Part shown: in pieces, positions 49,975 through 60,649 of the stretch
Layout of the letters: each line of letters opens with the position of its first letter
How positions within the stretch are numbered: the stretch's first letter is position 1
NCBI GenBank assembly: GCA_001179505.1
Contig: CDMY01000242.1
Span: 1-64,000, forward strand
Reading direction: 5' to 3'
Origin: Vitrella brassicaformis CCMP3155
Lineage: Eukaryota; Protista; Chromerida
Length of the DNA: 64,000 nucleotides
Position numbers and translations under genes: made by a program
Notes under the pieces: generated by a model
What the model was told of the DNA's origin: nothing
Databases searched by the model: none
Seen by the model: only the letters and a program-made list of their open reading frames with translations

Positions 49975-52059
49975 ATGTTTGCGAAGAAGCGTAAGGCGGA
50001 GGAGCCGCCGGAGTCGCCTGCGGACGACAGCGATGAGTTTGAGCCGCTCCCGTTCATCGGGAGGGCATCAGTCGACGGGCTGTTGAAGGAGGCCGACGAG
50101 GCACTCGCCGCCATCGAGCAGTCGGCCAAACAGATGCGCAAGAAGCTGCGCGAACAACCCAAGACGATTCGAGGGCTCGTGATGAGCAATGGTGGGGTGC
50201 CGATGACGGGCCCGTTGAGTGAGGAGATTGAGGTCAACGTGGGCGGGACGGTGCTGCGTGTGCCGCGCAAGCCGCTGCTGCTGCCCGGCGTGAGTGAGAG
50301 CATCATCGCCTACCTGCTGCAGTACCACCTGGAGGGGCTGCCGAAGGACAAGGACGGCCGGCCATTCCTCGACGTCGATCCAGTCTACCTGAAGTGGTCA
50401 GCCAACCAGCAGAGAGAGGGGGGGAGGGAGGGCACACCAAGCTCACATAGAATGCATGCTGTTGTTTGGCATTGTCAGGTTCCGTGACGAGATCGCCAAC
50501 GTCGGTGCTGCTGATGCCCAGGGCGAGAGCTACGAGATCAAGCTGACGGGTGACCACAGCACCGACGTGTCATTCGCCTTTTGGCATGAGCTCCTCTTCA
50601 CTTCCAAGAGCGGCATCGACATCGACATGCCCACAAATCCGCCCCCACACAACGACGATAACGACCAAATGCAGGTGGACAACCAGCAGCAGCAGGCGGG
50701 GGAGTCGGCAAGTGAGGAAGAGGGGGAGCCGGCAGGGGAGCCGGCAGGGGAGCAGGAGGGGGGTAGCGACCACATGGCGACACTCAAGAGCAGCATGGCG
50801 GGGACGGATGCGTCAGTAGGGCGCCTGGGCGAGGTGCAGCGCGGCCTGGTGAACTTCCACAAGCTCGTCAAGCCGCTGCTGGCGATGAAGGAGGGGGACA
50901 GGGAGGGGAGGGAGAGATCAAGAGCGTGTGCGTCCTGGGTGAGACGGTTTCGACCACCGAGGCCACACTGGCGCGTGTTGGCCGCGACAAACGACTCTAC
51001 ACGACGTTCCACAGGTGGGTCACACAACACCGAACAGATGGACGGGAGAGGCACAATCGCCATGTCTGTTTCCTTCTCTTGTGTCTGCAGTGGTGCGCCT
51101 GTGAGTTCCATCTCGCCTTCGCATCTCATGAAGGTCACCGACTTCGCCCGCAGACAGCGCATTGCAGTCATCGCACCGCCCGGCACTCTGGTGAGGCCGC
51201 CGACGGCCCCCAACGCCAAGCAGATTCGAACGGACACTGAGATGTATGGTCTCAAGTACGAGCCCTTCTTCAGCGGCGTGGCGGGGGGCGACTTCGTCAT
51301 CGAGACCGACGACGAGATGGCGGAGCTGCTCAACATGACCGGCAAGACCTCACCAATGCCGTCACTCATGTACAAGTGAGCGAGCCACACACAGTCAGAC
51401 AGCAGCGAGAGGGTCCCTGGAAGATCTGCCTTCGGATGTCTGTGTGTCTGTTGTGTGTGGTCCATCAGGGGCAGTCGCGACACGTATGCCTTCCTCAAGA
51501 TGCTCGAGTGCGTCCAGGGCAAGAGCGGCCTGCTCTTCGCCATCAAGCAGGGCGACACACACCGATTCGGATGCTTCATCGACGGCCCTCTCGACCCGCC
51601 CAAGGACCCACACAGACCAACACATACAAGGCGCCCGTCTTCTTCTTTTCGCTGTCGGGCACGTACGATGCGCCGACCAAGATCGAGCTGTCGGAGGACA
51701 GGCAGCGGGTGTGGGTGGCCGGCACCCAGGGCGCGGTGACCGACACCGAGGACAAGCCGCTCGCCAATGTGGGCATCGGTGGCGGTGCAGCAGCTCTGTG
51801 GCTTGGGTTGGACGAGCCTGGTCCGGCGGCCGACCTCAGCAGCTGCCAGCAGTGGATCAAGAGGGATGAGCTGTCGGAGGGATACACGGGGACGATCAAT
51901 CACCATGACCAGGGGACTTTGGCGAAGTCCATGGACTTCACGTGCGATGAGATGGAAATCTGGCAGGTGGGTGGCCGTCACCACACCCTCATCTGTGGGG
52001 AAGTGTCGAGCTGCGTGTCTGTGGCTGGATGGATGGACGTGCAGATTGCCACCGGCTGA
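49975..52059 (+). pseudogene. BTB(KCTD-type)-TLDc paralogue C, with two apparent 1-bp frameshifts
   Basis: MFAKKRKAEE...EIEVNVGGTVLRVPRKPLLLPGVSES...GRPFLDVDP, then TLDc. The frame breaks in the purine run at about 50905 (before EIKSVCVLG) and at about 51608 (DPPKDP/TQTN), judged against copies A, B and D. Confidence 0.7.
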
Positions 52060-52801
52060 CCATACCTAACGTCGACCCACCACGAGAGCGTGCAGCAGGT
52101 ATGCAAAACAGCAAGGCACTCGTGACTGACAGTGATACCCTCACTGTTTCCTGTGTGTCTGTGGTGGTGTGGTGCAGTTGGTGGATGTGTTGAGGTGATC
52201 GCACAGAGCAGAGTAGAGGCCCCAGATGTCGTGTGCCACACAGTGACGGACTGACTGTATTTGCCTGCCTGTCTACGTCGCATGAGCTGACGACCCATTC
52301 ATTCGTTCATTCGTGCCGTGTCATGATGGCATAAATGTCTGTCTGTCTGTCTATCTGGCCATCAACCCATGTGCAGCCATCCAACTATCCACCCCTCGAC
52401 TCATTGATTTGTGGACGGTGTGGCGTGTCACACGTGCATGCATGCAATGATGGTTGACCTGTACACACACATGAGGCGTCCACCGACATCCATCCATCCA
52501 TCCATTCATCCATGGAGTCATTGACGCACCAGCCACAGCCCCCTCTCGCCCTCACGGTCCAACTGGGGCCCATTCATCGGTAATACATACATGTATATCT
52601 CTGTGTACACACACTTCACACACGTTCATATCGGTCATGCCCTCCCCTCCAACTCAAGAATCTGCATCCACCACACGCACGTCGCGTCAGCTCGCCTCGC
52701 CCGCCTACACGCCGCACAAAACACGACATCCACACCGACACAGAGAGATGAATGAGGGAGCACACATCTCACCCAGCTCTGACAGGCACCCACCTTCATT
52801 G

Positions 52802-54193
52802 CTAAGTTGCCTGTTCCTTTTGGTTGAGCGCCATGTCTGCGATTGGGTTGCCCAGCAGGCTTCGCACAAGAGGGGCGGTAGTCGGCCGACGGTCCTTGGA
52901 GGCATCAGATGCACCACCCACTGGCGGCTCAGTGGTGATGACACTAACACCCACTGCATTCAGCGACACAGCACACGTCAAACAATGGCTCAATCATCAG
53001 CACAGAGGACCTGCTATCACTTTCTCACCTATGGTCGTGTCGGCACTGCTGCCGAGAACGACCCATGCGATGAATGGCATGTCGAACGACGTCAGCAGCA
53101 GAATGCGACCCTCTAGAGGGGGATTCATATCGTCATACCTGAACGCCACGACGGCTGTGCATCGGTTGGGCGGCTGGTGGGGCGAGCGGTTCAGGAGCCC
53201 GCTCAGCACACCACCGTGAGCATACCTAAAGAACCACACAGAGAGCAGATACCCATTCGGATGGATGTCTGTCGGTGTGTCCTGTGTACCGGTCCACGTG
53301 AACCCAAGGAGTTTTGGCCCGATGCGCCACTGGAGACCCCAACATGATTTTTTCCATGATGAACGCCGACGCCGATGCATAAGTGACCATCTCACTATCG
53401 GCTGTCCAGCTGCCCGGCAGCAGGCGGATTCGCGATCTGACGGGTGGGTTGTTGTTGATCATGTGAGGGTGGTATGGGTGGGTGGGGGGGAGGGGGGGGC
53501 TGATGGTCAGCTCGAAGCCCGGCTCGTCGCGCAGGGCGCGCACACCGCCGCCCTGCTGGTCGAACAGCTCAAAACGGCCGCAGTTGCCGCCGAAGTTGAC
53601 CTGCCGACCGATCATCTTCCACAGCGCCACCACACGCGGCTCAGCCAAATACGCCTGCAACAACAGACACACAACACAGCTATGGAGCCATCCCTCCCGC
53701 CTCTCCCCTCTCAGTCCCACCCACCTGTTTGGTCGTGTGCCTCTGGATGTCCTGCACGCTCATAGTCACCGGCAGAGTGCAGCAGCCGCGCTGCTCCGCC
53801 AACTTCAGCGCGTTGACCACCTCGGTCCACTGCTGCGTGTCCACCAGCCAGATGGCCTTCAGCAGCAGAGGGCGGTCCAGCTGAGCGTCGAATGCGATGA
53901 TGGTGTGCAATCCCTTGGCCATGAGGCAGCGATTGAGTCGGGTACGGAGGATGTACGGCGAGAAGTCGACTTCCCAGAGGAAATGCGCCGTAGCTCTGAG
54001 GCTGCCGACCTCAAACCGGCTGCACACACACACAGCATACACACAACCAAGTGCGCTCATGGAGCTCTTTAATCGCCGGGTGCTTGTGCTTCGCATACGT
54101 GTGGAGGGCGTCCCTGTCGGCTTTGTGGAGGAAATCAAGTGACTCGTCATTGATGGTGACGCCAGATCTGTCCGCAGTGTGGTAATTGCCCAT
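52802..54193 (-). CDS. Lineage-expanded hypothetical protein family member (paralogue of 1-419), 5 exons, apparently intact
   Basis: Stitched: MGNYHTADRSG...DALHT|RFEVGSLRATAHF...LLLKAIWLVDTQQWTEVVNALKLAEQRG...HTTKQ|AYLAEPRVVALW...PGFELTISPPLP...NPPVRSRI...HVDR|YAHGG...|VGVSVITTEPP...QAT*. Confidence 0.8.
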
Positions 54194-54307
54194 CTTCCGC
54201 GACTCGCTCGTGGATGAAATCCGTTGCTCTGTCACATGGGAGGGAAGGGCGTGCCGCTCCCCCCTTTGCGACCCCTTTTTCCTTTTTTTCCTTTCCTGCG
54301 AGTTGCC

Positions 54308-54316
54308 TGCGAGCTT
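54308..54316 (+). promoter_or_regulatory. TGCGAGCTT motif, with an adjacent TGCGAGTT at 54297-54304, in the divergent spacer
   Basis: Seen directly. Confidence 0.5.
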
Positions 54317-54557
54317 TTGCTCCGATCGCAGGCGGTGAGTGGATAGGTCCGAGCCCTTGCGTACGTCCCTTTCGCCCTCTCTGCAGCCAGACCGCTGCTT
54401 TTCGGAGGAGTCCGCCGCCATTGAAGCCGTTTCTGTCTCTTTTCACGCCCAACACAGCTCCAGAGGGGGGCAGCGGGAGCCACCAGCCTCACAGCAGAGA
54501 GTCGTGCAGGCATCGCATAGCCCGCCAACCGATCATCGCCAGCACCATTATCAATCA

Positions 54558-55381
54558 ATGAACGGCAGTCCTGACAACGACAGGAGCACAGGTGGACAAG
54601 GAGGGCTCAGCGTGGCCAAGCAGCCCTTCGAGGAGTGGCAGTGGAAGGCCATCGAGGCGGGCGACTGGCAGCTGCTCGAGAAATTCGAACCCGAGAGCAC
54701 CTCATATGACCAGGTATGACCGTACCAACACAAGCAAAGCATGACAGACAGGTGTGTGGGCTCGTTCATGTGTGTGTGTGTGTGTTGTTTTAGACGAGCG
54801 AGAGCTATGGGACGCCTCTGATCAGCATATTGGACAAGTATGTGTTCAAGGCGACGCATCACGAGAAGGAGAAGTTCGTCGAGTGCATCCGGTGGCTTAT
54901 CAGAAAGGGAGGTAACCAACCAACAAACCAATGCATTCACACGCACACGCACAGGCAGTGCCAGTGAGTGCCAACGTGTGTGTGTGTGCTACGCCTGCCT
55001 GCAGCGAGTCCGTTGACCAAGGCGCCCGACAGCTGTTCGATGCAGATATCTTACCAGAAGCGGGACGACTCTGAGGACAAAACCAAACGGGTTTACGTCT
55101 CCAAAAAGAACGCCATACAGGTCAGCACGCGTCAGCCACTGACGGGCGCGCGCCATGCATTCGTTCGTTCGTTTGGATGCATGTGTGCTTTGTGTGTGAC
55201 AGGTCGGTTACGAGGTCCGCGATTCCCTGCCGGCCACCCCTTCGTGGCAAGAGGTACGTGTGTAGGCAGCAGGCACGGACAGTCATTTTGGGCCACTGAC
55301 GCGCTGTGCGTTGGTCTGTCAGGAGCGGATGCGTGTCAAGCAGGTCATCCAGATCTTCGCTGAGAACTCTCAAGTGGTCAG

Positions 55382-55416
<35 letters not shown>

Positions 55417-57031
55417 GCGTCGCTCACCGATGCAGTCAGTCACTGTATATCCGCCTGTCTGTCTGTGTGTTCGTTCAGTCGCACTGGGAGAGGATTGAAG
55501 TTGACGAGAAGGTACATCCATCCACGCACTGCACACATTAGTACATTAGCCAACACGTGCGGCACGGCATGCACCTGTCCCTTCCCCTGTGCTCCTGGGG
55601 AACCCCGTTTGTTCGTCAGGTGGTTAATTTTTGGGAGAAGGTATTTCATGACAAGAGCACCGCTGACGTGGAGGTGAAGCTTAAGGGCGGTGTCACCGTC
55701 CAGTGCCACTCGTGCATTCTGCGGGTCTGCTCCGACGTGGTCAGCCAGACACACACACAGAACAACCAACATGACTGACGGCAGCCAGTCCATCCATCCA
55801 TCCATCCGTTGGCCACTTGTCTGTCTCTGTGTGTTGCTGTTGGCTGGGTGGGTGGGTGTAGTTCAACGCCATGTTCACTCACGAGATGCTGGAGAAGGAA
55901 ACCAAAAAGATAGAGGTCAGTCACAGTCAACGCACCCGCCCCTCCATCCATGCATCCATCCATGCATCCTTCATTTTACGTCCCGCAGGCTCCCACAGTG
56001 GATGCGGTTGAGTTCGAGCAGTTCCTCTCGCTGCTGTACACCGGTACGACTGTGGGTGGGTACTGGACACATTTACTGCACTGACGACTGACTCATCTCT
56101 CTCCTATCACCAGGTTGCTGGAGCGGCAAGGGCGACGAGGACACGGCGGGCAGTGCCAACATCAGCAGCACATCGCCAGGCGGCATCAGGAGCGGACCCG
56201 CAGCAGCTGCGGCAGCAGCCGCAGCAGCAGCCGCCCCGCCGCCCAATCAGTCCACCACCACCACTGTGTCGTCCAACAACAACCCCGCCCCGATGGCCCC
56301 CAGCCCCAACACACAGCACAGTGCCGGCAGCCCGTTTGCTGCCGGGAGTGGGGTCAGTGGCGGCGGCGGTGGGGGCGGGACGCCATCGGTGGACCAGTTG
56401 CTGTCGCTGTTCACGCTGGTAGATACGTACCAAGTGACACATATGCAGGTGAGAGGGGGAGGAAGGGACGGTGGTGGGAGGGTGAGAGAGTGTGGCCATG
56501 CATCGCATCCATCTCCTGTCTGTCTGTCTGTCTGTCTGTCTGTTGGTGGCTGTCGTGTTGTGTGTGCAATGCAGTCGATGTTGCAGGCGCGCATTAAGGA
56601 CCGGCTAACGCCAAATACCTTCGAGAAGATCATGAAGTTCGCTCTCAAGTGAGACACACAGACATGACAGACACCCAACGGCCACTCAGCGTACGACCTT
56701 GAGCACATCCGTGTTTTGTCTTGTCACTTCAGGTCTCACTGTCCGCCTCTGCGCGTCGCCTGTGGCACCTACGCGCAATCGAGCGAAGAGATCAAGGTCA
56801 GCACCCTCCCTCATCCAAACACACACACCGGCCGCTCCGCTCGCTTAGCATCAGTCATTTCCTCTGTCCGTCTGTGTGGCTGGCTGTGTGTGTGGGTGTG
56901 TTAAATTAAAACAGCAAAACTACTTTGCTGATCGTTATTGCGAGGAGGTGCAGGAGGAGCTGCATTTGGTCTTCAGGAACCCCGCCAGCTCAGGACACCC
57001 GGCCAAGAAGCGCAAGAGGAACGCATTCTGA
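54558..57031 (+). CDS. BTB/POZ-domain protein (SPOP-like BTB-BACK C-terminal half, basic C-terminal NLS-like KKRKR)
   Basis: DKSTADVEVKLKGGVTVQCHSCILRVCSDV|FNAMFTHEMLEKETKKIE|APTVDAVEFEQFLSLLYT ... LLSLFTLVDTYQV...LRVAC is a classic BTB pattern (D....., H..IL...S..F..MF...M.E, F...L.YLYT). Confidence 0.88.
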
Positions 57032-58395
57032 TCCATCCGACACACACGGTGCGATGACGCGGACCCTTCCATGCACACACACACATACACATACATGAGG
57101 GGGGTCGACAGTGGTACACACACAAACATCCACACACACTCCTCTCGTGAGTGTATGTGCACGGTTCTTCGCCTCAGTAATGGGTGGTTAATGCATGGTC
57201 GTCGATATGGAGCGGCTTGGCTGCATCACACTCCCACCGCACACAGACGCACACGGACAGTCGCTCGCTTTGTCGGCTGTGTGGACACATCCTATGCTGT
57301 CGTCTCTTCTTTTTTCGGTTTGGGGCTAGCTGGGACGATGGGCGGTCCGGTAGATCGATGGGGTGCGTGGCAGTGGAGTGCATTTGTTTGTACGGTTGAC
57401 ATGCCATTGGATGGCTGACACGCAGAGCTTTCTGCTGTGCCCTGCGTGTAGTGCTCGACTGACGGGACAGAGAATGGACGAGTGAATGAATGAACGAAAT
57501 GGCCACTTGCGAAGCTTGGAAGGCCCTATCTCACTCATCCTGGGGGCATGTGTGGGCTACCTACAATTCTTCGGGAGAAAGCACAAGAGAGCCTTTAAGG
57601 CTGACCGCATCCGAATGCCAATGCTGGCCCTTCAGTGTCCCTTTCAGCCGCCGCTTCCAGCCTCTTCTCTCGTTGGTTGGTTCCCGTCTCTCCCGGCCTC
57701 CTCTTGACGACGGGCATTGCAGATGCCGCTGCCGGCCCTCCTGCAGGCGAGCGCAGCAAGCAAGAGGTGTGCACCACCTCCCGCGTCACCGAACTCGGCT
57801 TCTTTGCAGTCAGGCATACAAACAACTTCGTGAGAAGGAGCCAACGAGATGAATTGTTTGTGCAGGCGTCGCCGGACGGTGAGAAGCGCACCGATGCCAC
57901 TGACAGTCTGAGAGCATACGCCGACATCCTGCCCTTTCCTGCAGGCGGCTGCACGGCGAATTACAGACTCGGCGAGAATTTCTCGACGACGAAGACGGAG
58001 ACAGTCCTGAAACCCACAAACCCTGATTTCTTTCGTTTTTCCATTCTTCTCAGCATTTCCGCGGCTTTCCTCTTCTCCTCCATTCTCAGGGCCACCGATC
58101 CTTTGTTTCTTCGTCTTTTGGGCTGGTTCTTGTCTTGTGTGGCTCGCCTCGACCTCTCCCAAGCCCCCCCACTCGAGCGGACGTCGGGCGCCACTTCTTT
58201 ATTCCGCCCTCTAGCCACAGGGAGGCCTCAACCAGTGGTGCCCGGCTGCAACTTCCTGTCCCCGCCGGCACCGATCGGAGGGCCCAATCCTGTGGCGCCA
58301 CCACGCTCGCAGAGCTGGAGACAGCACCCGCCGAGGCGCTGAGCCGCACCAACCTCGCCGACCAGAACCCCCTGGGTTCTATGAGGGCATGCAGC

Positions 58396-60332
58396 GCCCG
58401 CTCGATGTCTGCTGACCGGCGACGTGCACACATACGTACGAGCAGTCAAGATCATCGAACGGGGTGTGGCGGAATTACCCTCACAGATTCTACACAACCT
58501 CCTGAAGTGAGTTTGGCTGTGGGTGTGGGTGTGGTGTGGCGTGGGTGTCTGCGGGTGCATGTCTGCTGTGTGTGTGATGTTGGGTGTGTGACTCAGTGGG
58601 CCCACAGAGTCCGTGTACCAACAGCGCGTCAAACAGATGCGGGCGGGCAAGGTTCCTGGGGCGGACTTATGTGTGTGTGTCTGCTGGTTTTTCGGCGTGT
58701 GTTGTGTGCAGCGAGCTGTTGTACACAGGGCAGACGAATCAGGGGCTGCATCGGTTCATAGAGTACCTCAAGTGGGGGCGGCGCGGAGTGAGGGCACAAC
58801 ACGAGCCGAGCCACACCACAACGGGTATACAATCACATTCACACAACACGTTACCCGCAGCAGCTGACAGCGCCAGACGGTGTGTGTGTGTGTGTGTGTG
58901 CGCTGGTGTGTCTGGGTGTGCGTGTTGTGTGGCTTTCTGTTCAGGAGCGGAGCACTGCTCGTTGCGCCTGACGATGGGTGTGCCTCGCATAAGATCATCG
59001 CAACATACCCGCATTCAGGTGTGTCGCACACACACACACCTGAATGCCGTCTGTGTTGTGTGGACAGAGTTTGGCAAGCCCATGGCGCTGTACTTGAAGA
59101 ATTTGCACGAGTTCGTCTCTTCTCTCGAGGTATTCACTGAGTCCAGCGTGCCGAAACTCTCCTTCAATCAGTTGGTTGGTGAGGGCAGCACACAAATACC
59201 CCACACACACACCTCGGCACGTCGGATGCGTTAGCACCCATCTCGATCAATGTGTGGTATGTGTGTGTCACAGGGGGCTTCCCCAAACCCTCGGAGGTCC
59301 CACGAGGGGTCGTCTGCGCAGTGCTGTGTACGAAGGACTCCAACAAAATCATCGAGAGAATCCATGAGCTGCAGCCACGTGAGTTTCCCTGTTGCATGAG
59401 GGCAAGACCGCCTCACACCTCTGACACATGATGGGTATGTGCCTGTGTGTGTGTGTGTGGTATGTGTCGAGCAGAGTGGAAATTGAGGACGCCTTCACCG
59501 CCTTGTAAGCCAACACGCACACCTCACTGACACACCACACACACACCTTCCATGTATTTGTCTCTGTCTGCCTTGTCATCCAGTGTCAAGCAGGCTGGTT
59601 CGAGCGTTCGTGGTCGTCGGAGGGCCGTCACGAGCGGAGCGTCCCGGCGGTGGAGGGCCGCTTCATCAGCGAGGCGGGCCTCAGCCGCGAACGCTTCGAC
59701 TTGATGTAAGTGGGCGGCAGTCTTATCGCTGCCTTCATTTTATATTTCGAAGCTTTCCTTTGTCTTTGCGGCTGTTCGACGACTCGCCCATCATCGCCCA
59801 CACCATCAAAAGCGACGGGTGCCTGCTCTCTCTGCCGCTCGACGAGGAGCGTGGCTGGGGCGTGTCGGTGTACCCCTTGCTCAACAAAGGCATGTTCGGT
59901 GGCATGAGCCGCAGACGAGGCCACGCACTGCGGCATCGTCATCGGCACACTCGAGGGCCTCATCAACGGTTTGGGTCACGTCGGCTAAGTAAGTAAGTGC
60001 GGATCCGATCGCATGTTCATCCATCCATCCATGCATCCAAGGTGTGTGGTGTGTTGTGGTGTGGTGTGGTGGGTGTGTTATGCAGCCGCGCGTCTCGGTT
60101 GGTGTGTTTGTCGAGTGGGAGCGGACGCTCAAGGACTGCGAGCGAGAGATCATCACGAAACTGGCGCCAGGGGTCAAGAAGGTCAGGACTGGTCACGTGT
60201 TCCCTTTTCTGCGTCTTCTTATCGCTGCATTCATCTTATATTTCGAAGCTTCCCTTTGTCTTTGATCGCTGAACCAACGAAGGACTGCTTGTTTGTTGTG
60301 ATGAAAGTCCTGACTCACTGCAGCCGTGCGTG
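58396..60332 (+). CDS. Multi-exon hypothetical protein; start and end uncertain
   Basis: Chain of GT-AG-bounded exons (YVRAVKIIERGVAELPSQILHNLL|GPTESVYQQRVKQMRAGK|LLYTGQTNQGLHRFIEYLK|...|FGKPMALYLKNLHEF...|FDDSPIIAHTIKSDGCLL...). Two junctions need non-standard sites or a frameshift. Confidence 0.5.
59721..60264 (+). repeat. 48-bp AT-rich direct repeat, two copies (59721-59768 and 60217-60264), in separate introns
   Basis: TCTTATCGCTGC(C/A)TTCAT(T/C)TTATATTTCGAAGCTT(T/C)CCTTTGTCTTTG. Confidence 0.85.
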
Positions 60333-60649
60333 TGATCGATCATGACGGAAATGTGTGGATGAAACTGAGCTCGATATTCAGGACAGAAAGAGAAGCTCAG
60401 CAATGGTCAATGGTCATGTTCCGCACGCACATTCAGTCAGCACAAAAAGGTGCGAGGAGGTCCATTGGGCTGCACGAATGGTTTTGCCAGCACAAAACCA
60501 ATACACTCGACAGGTGGACACCACAAAAACGCATCAAAACAAAAGACGCTGCGGCATCGTTCTTCGTCCTTCACCTGACCACACACATACACACACACCC
60601 ATGCATATCACATGACGACGGTTGCACACAACATTCCCGTCCTTCCGCC

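Noticed and set aside
50530-51984. 484-aa minus-strand ORF
   Set aside because: Antisense shadow of BTB-TLDc copy C in GC-rich coding DNA; it crosses plus-strand introns and has no motifs of its own.
57490-58030. Possible small spliced gene or upstream exons of the 58396 gene
   Set aside because: Several splice-like sites but no unique consistent reading frame.
59780-59980. Faint resemblance of the orphan gene to diadenylate cyclase (DisA_N) motif order (DG...; ...EATHCGIVI)
   Set aside because: The catalytic RHR motif is not present in a consistent frame, and similarity by eye is too weak. It would need HHpred support.
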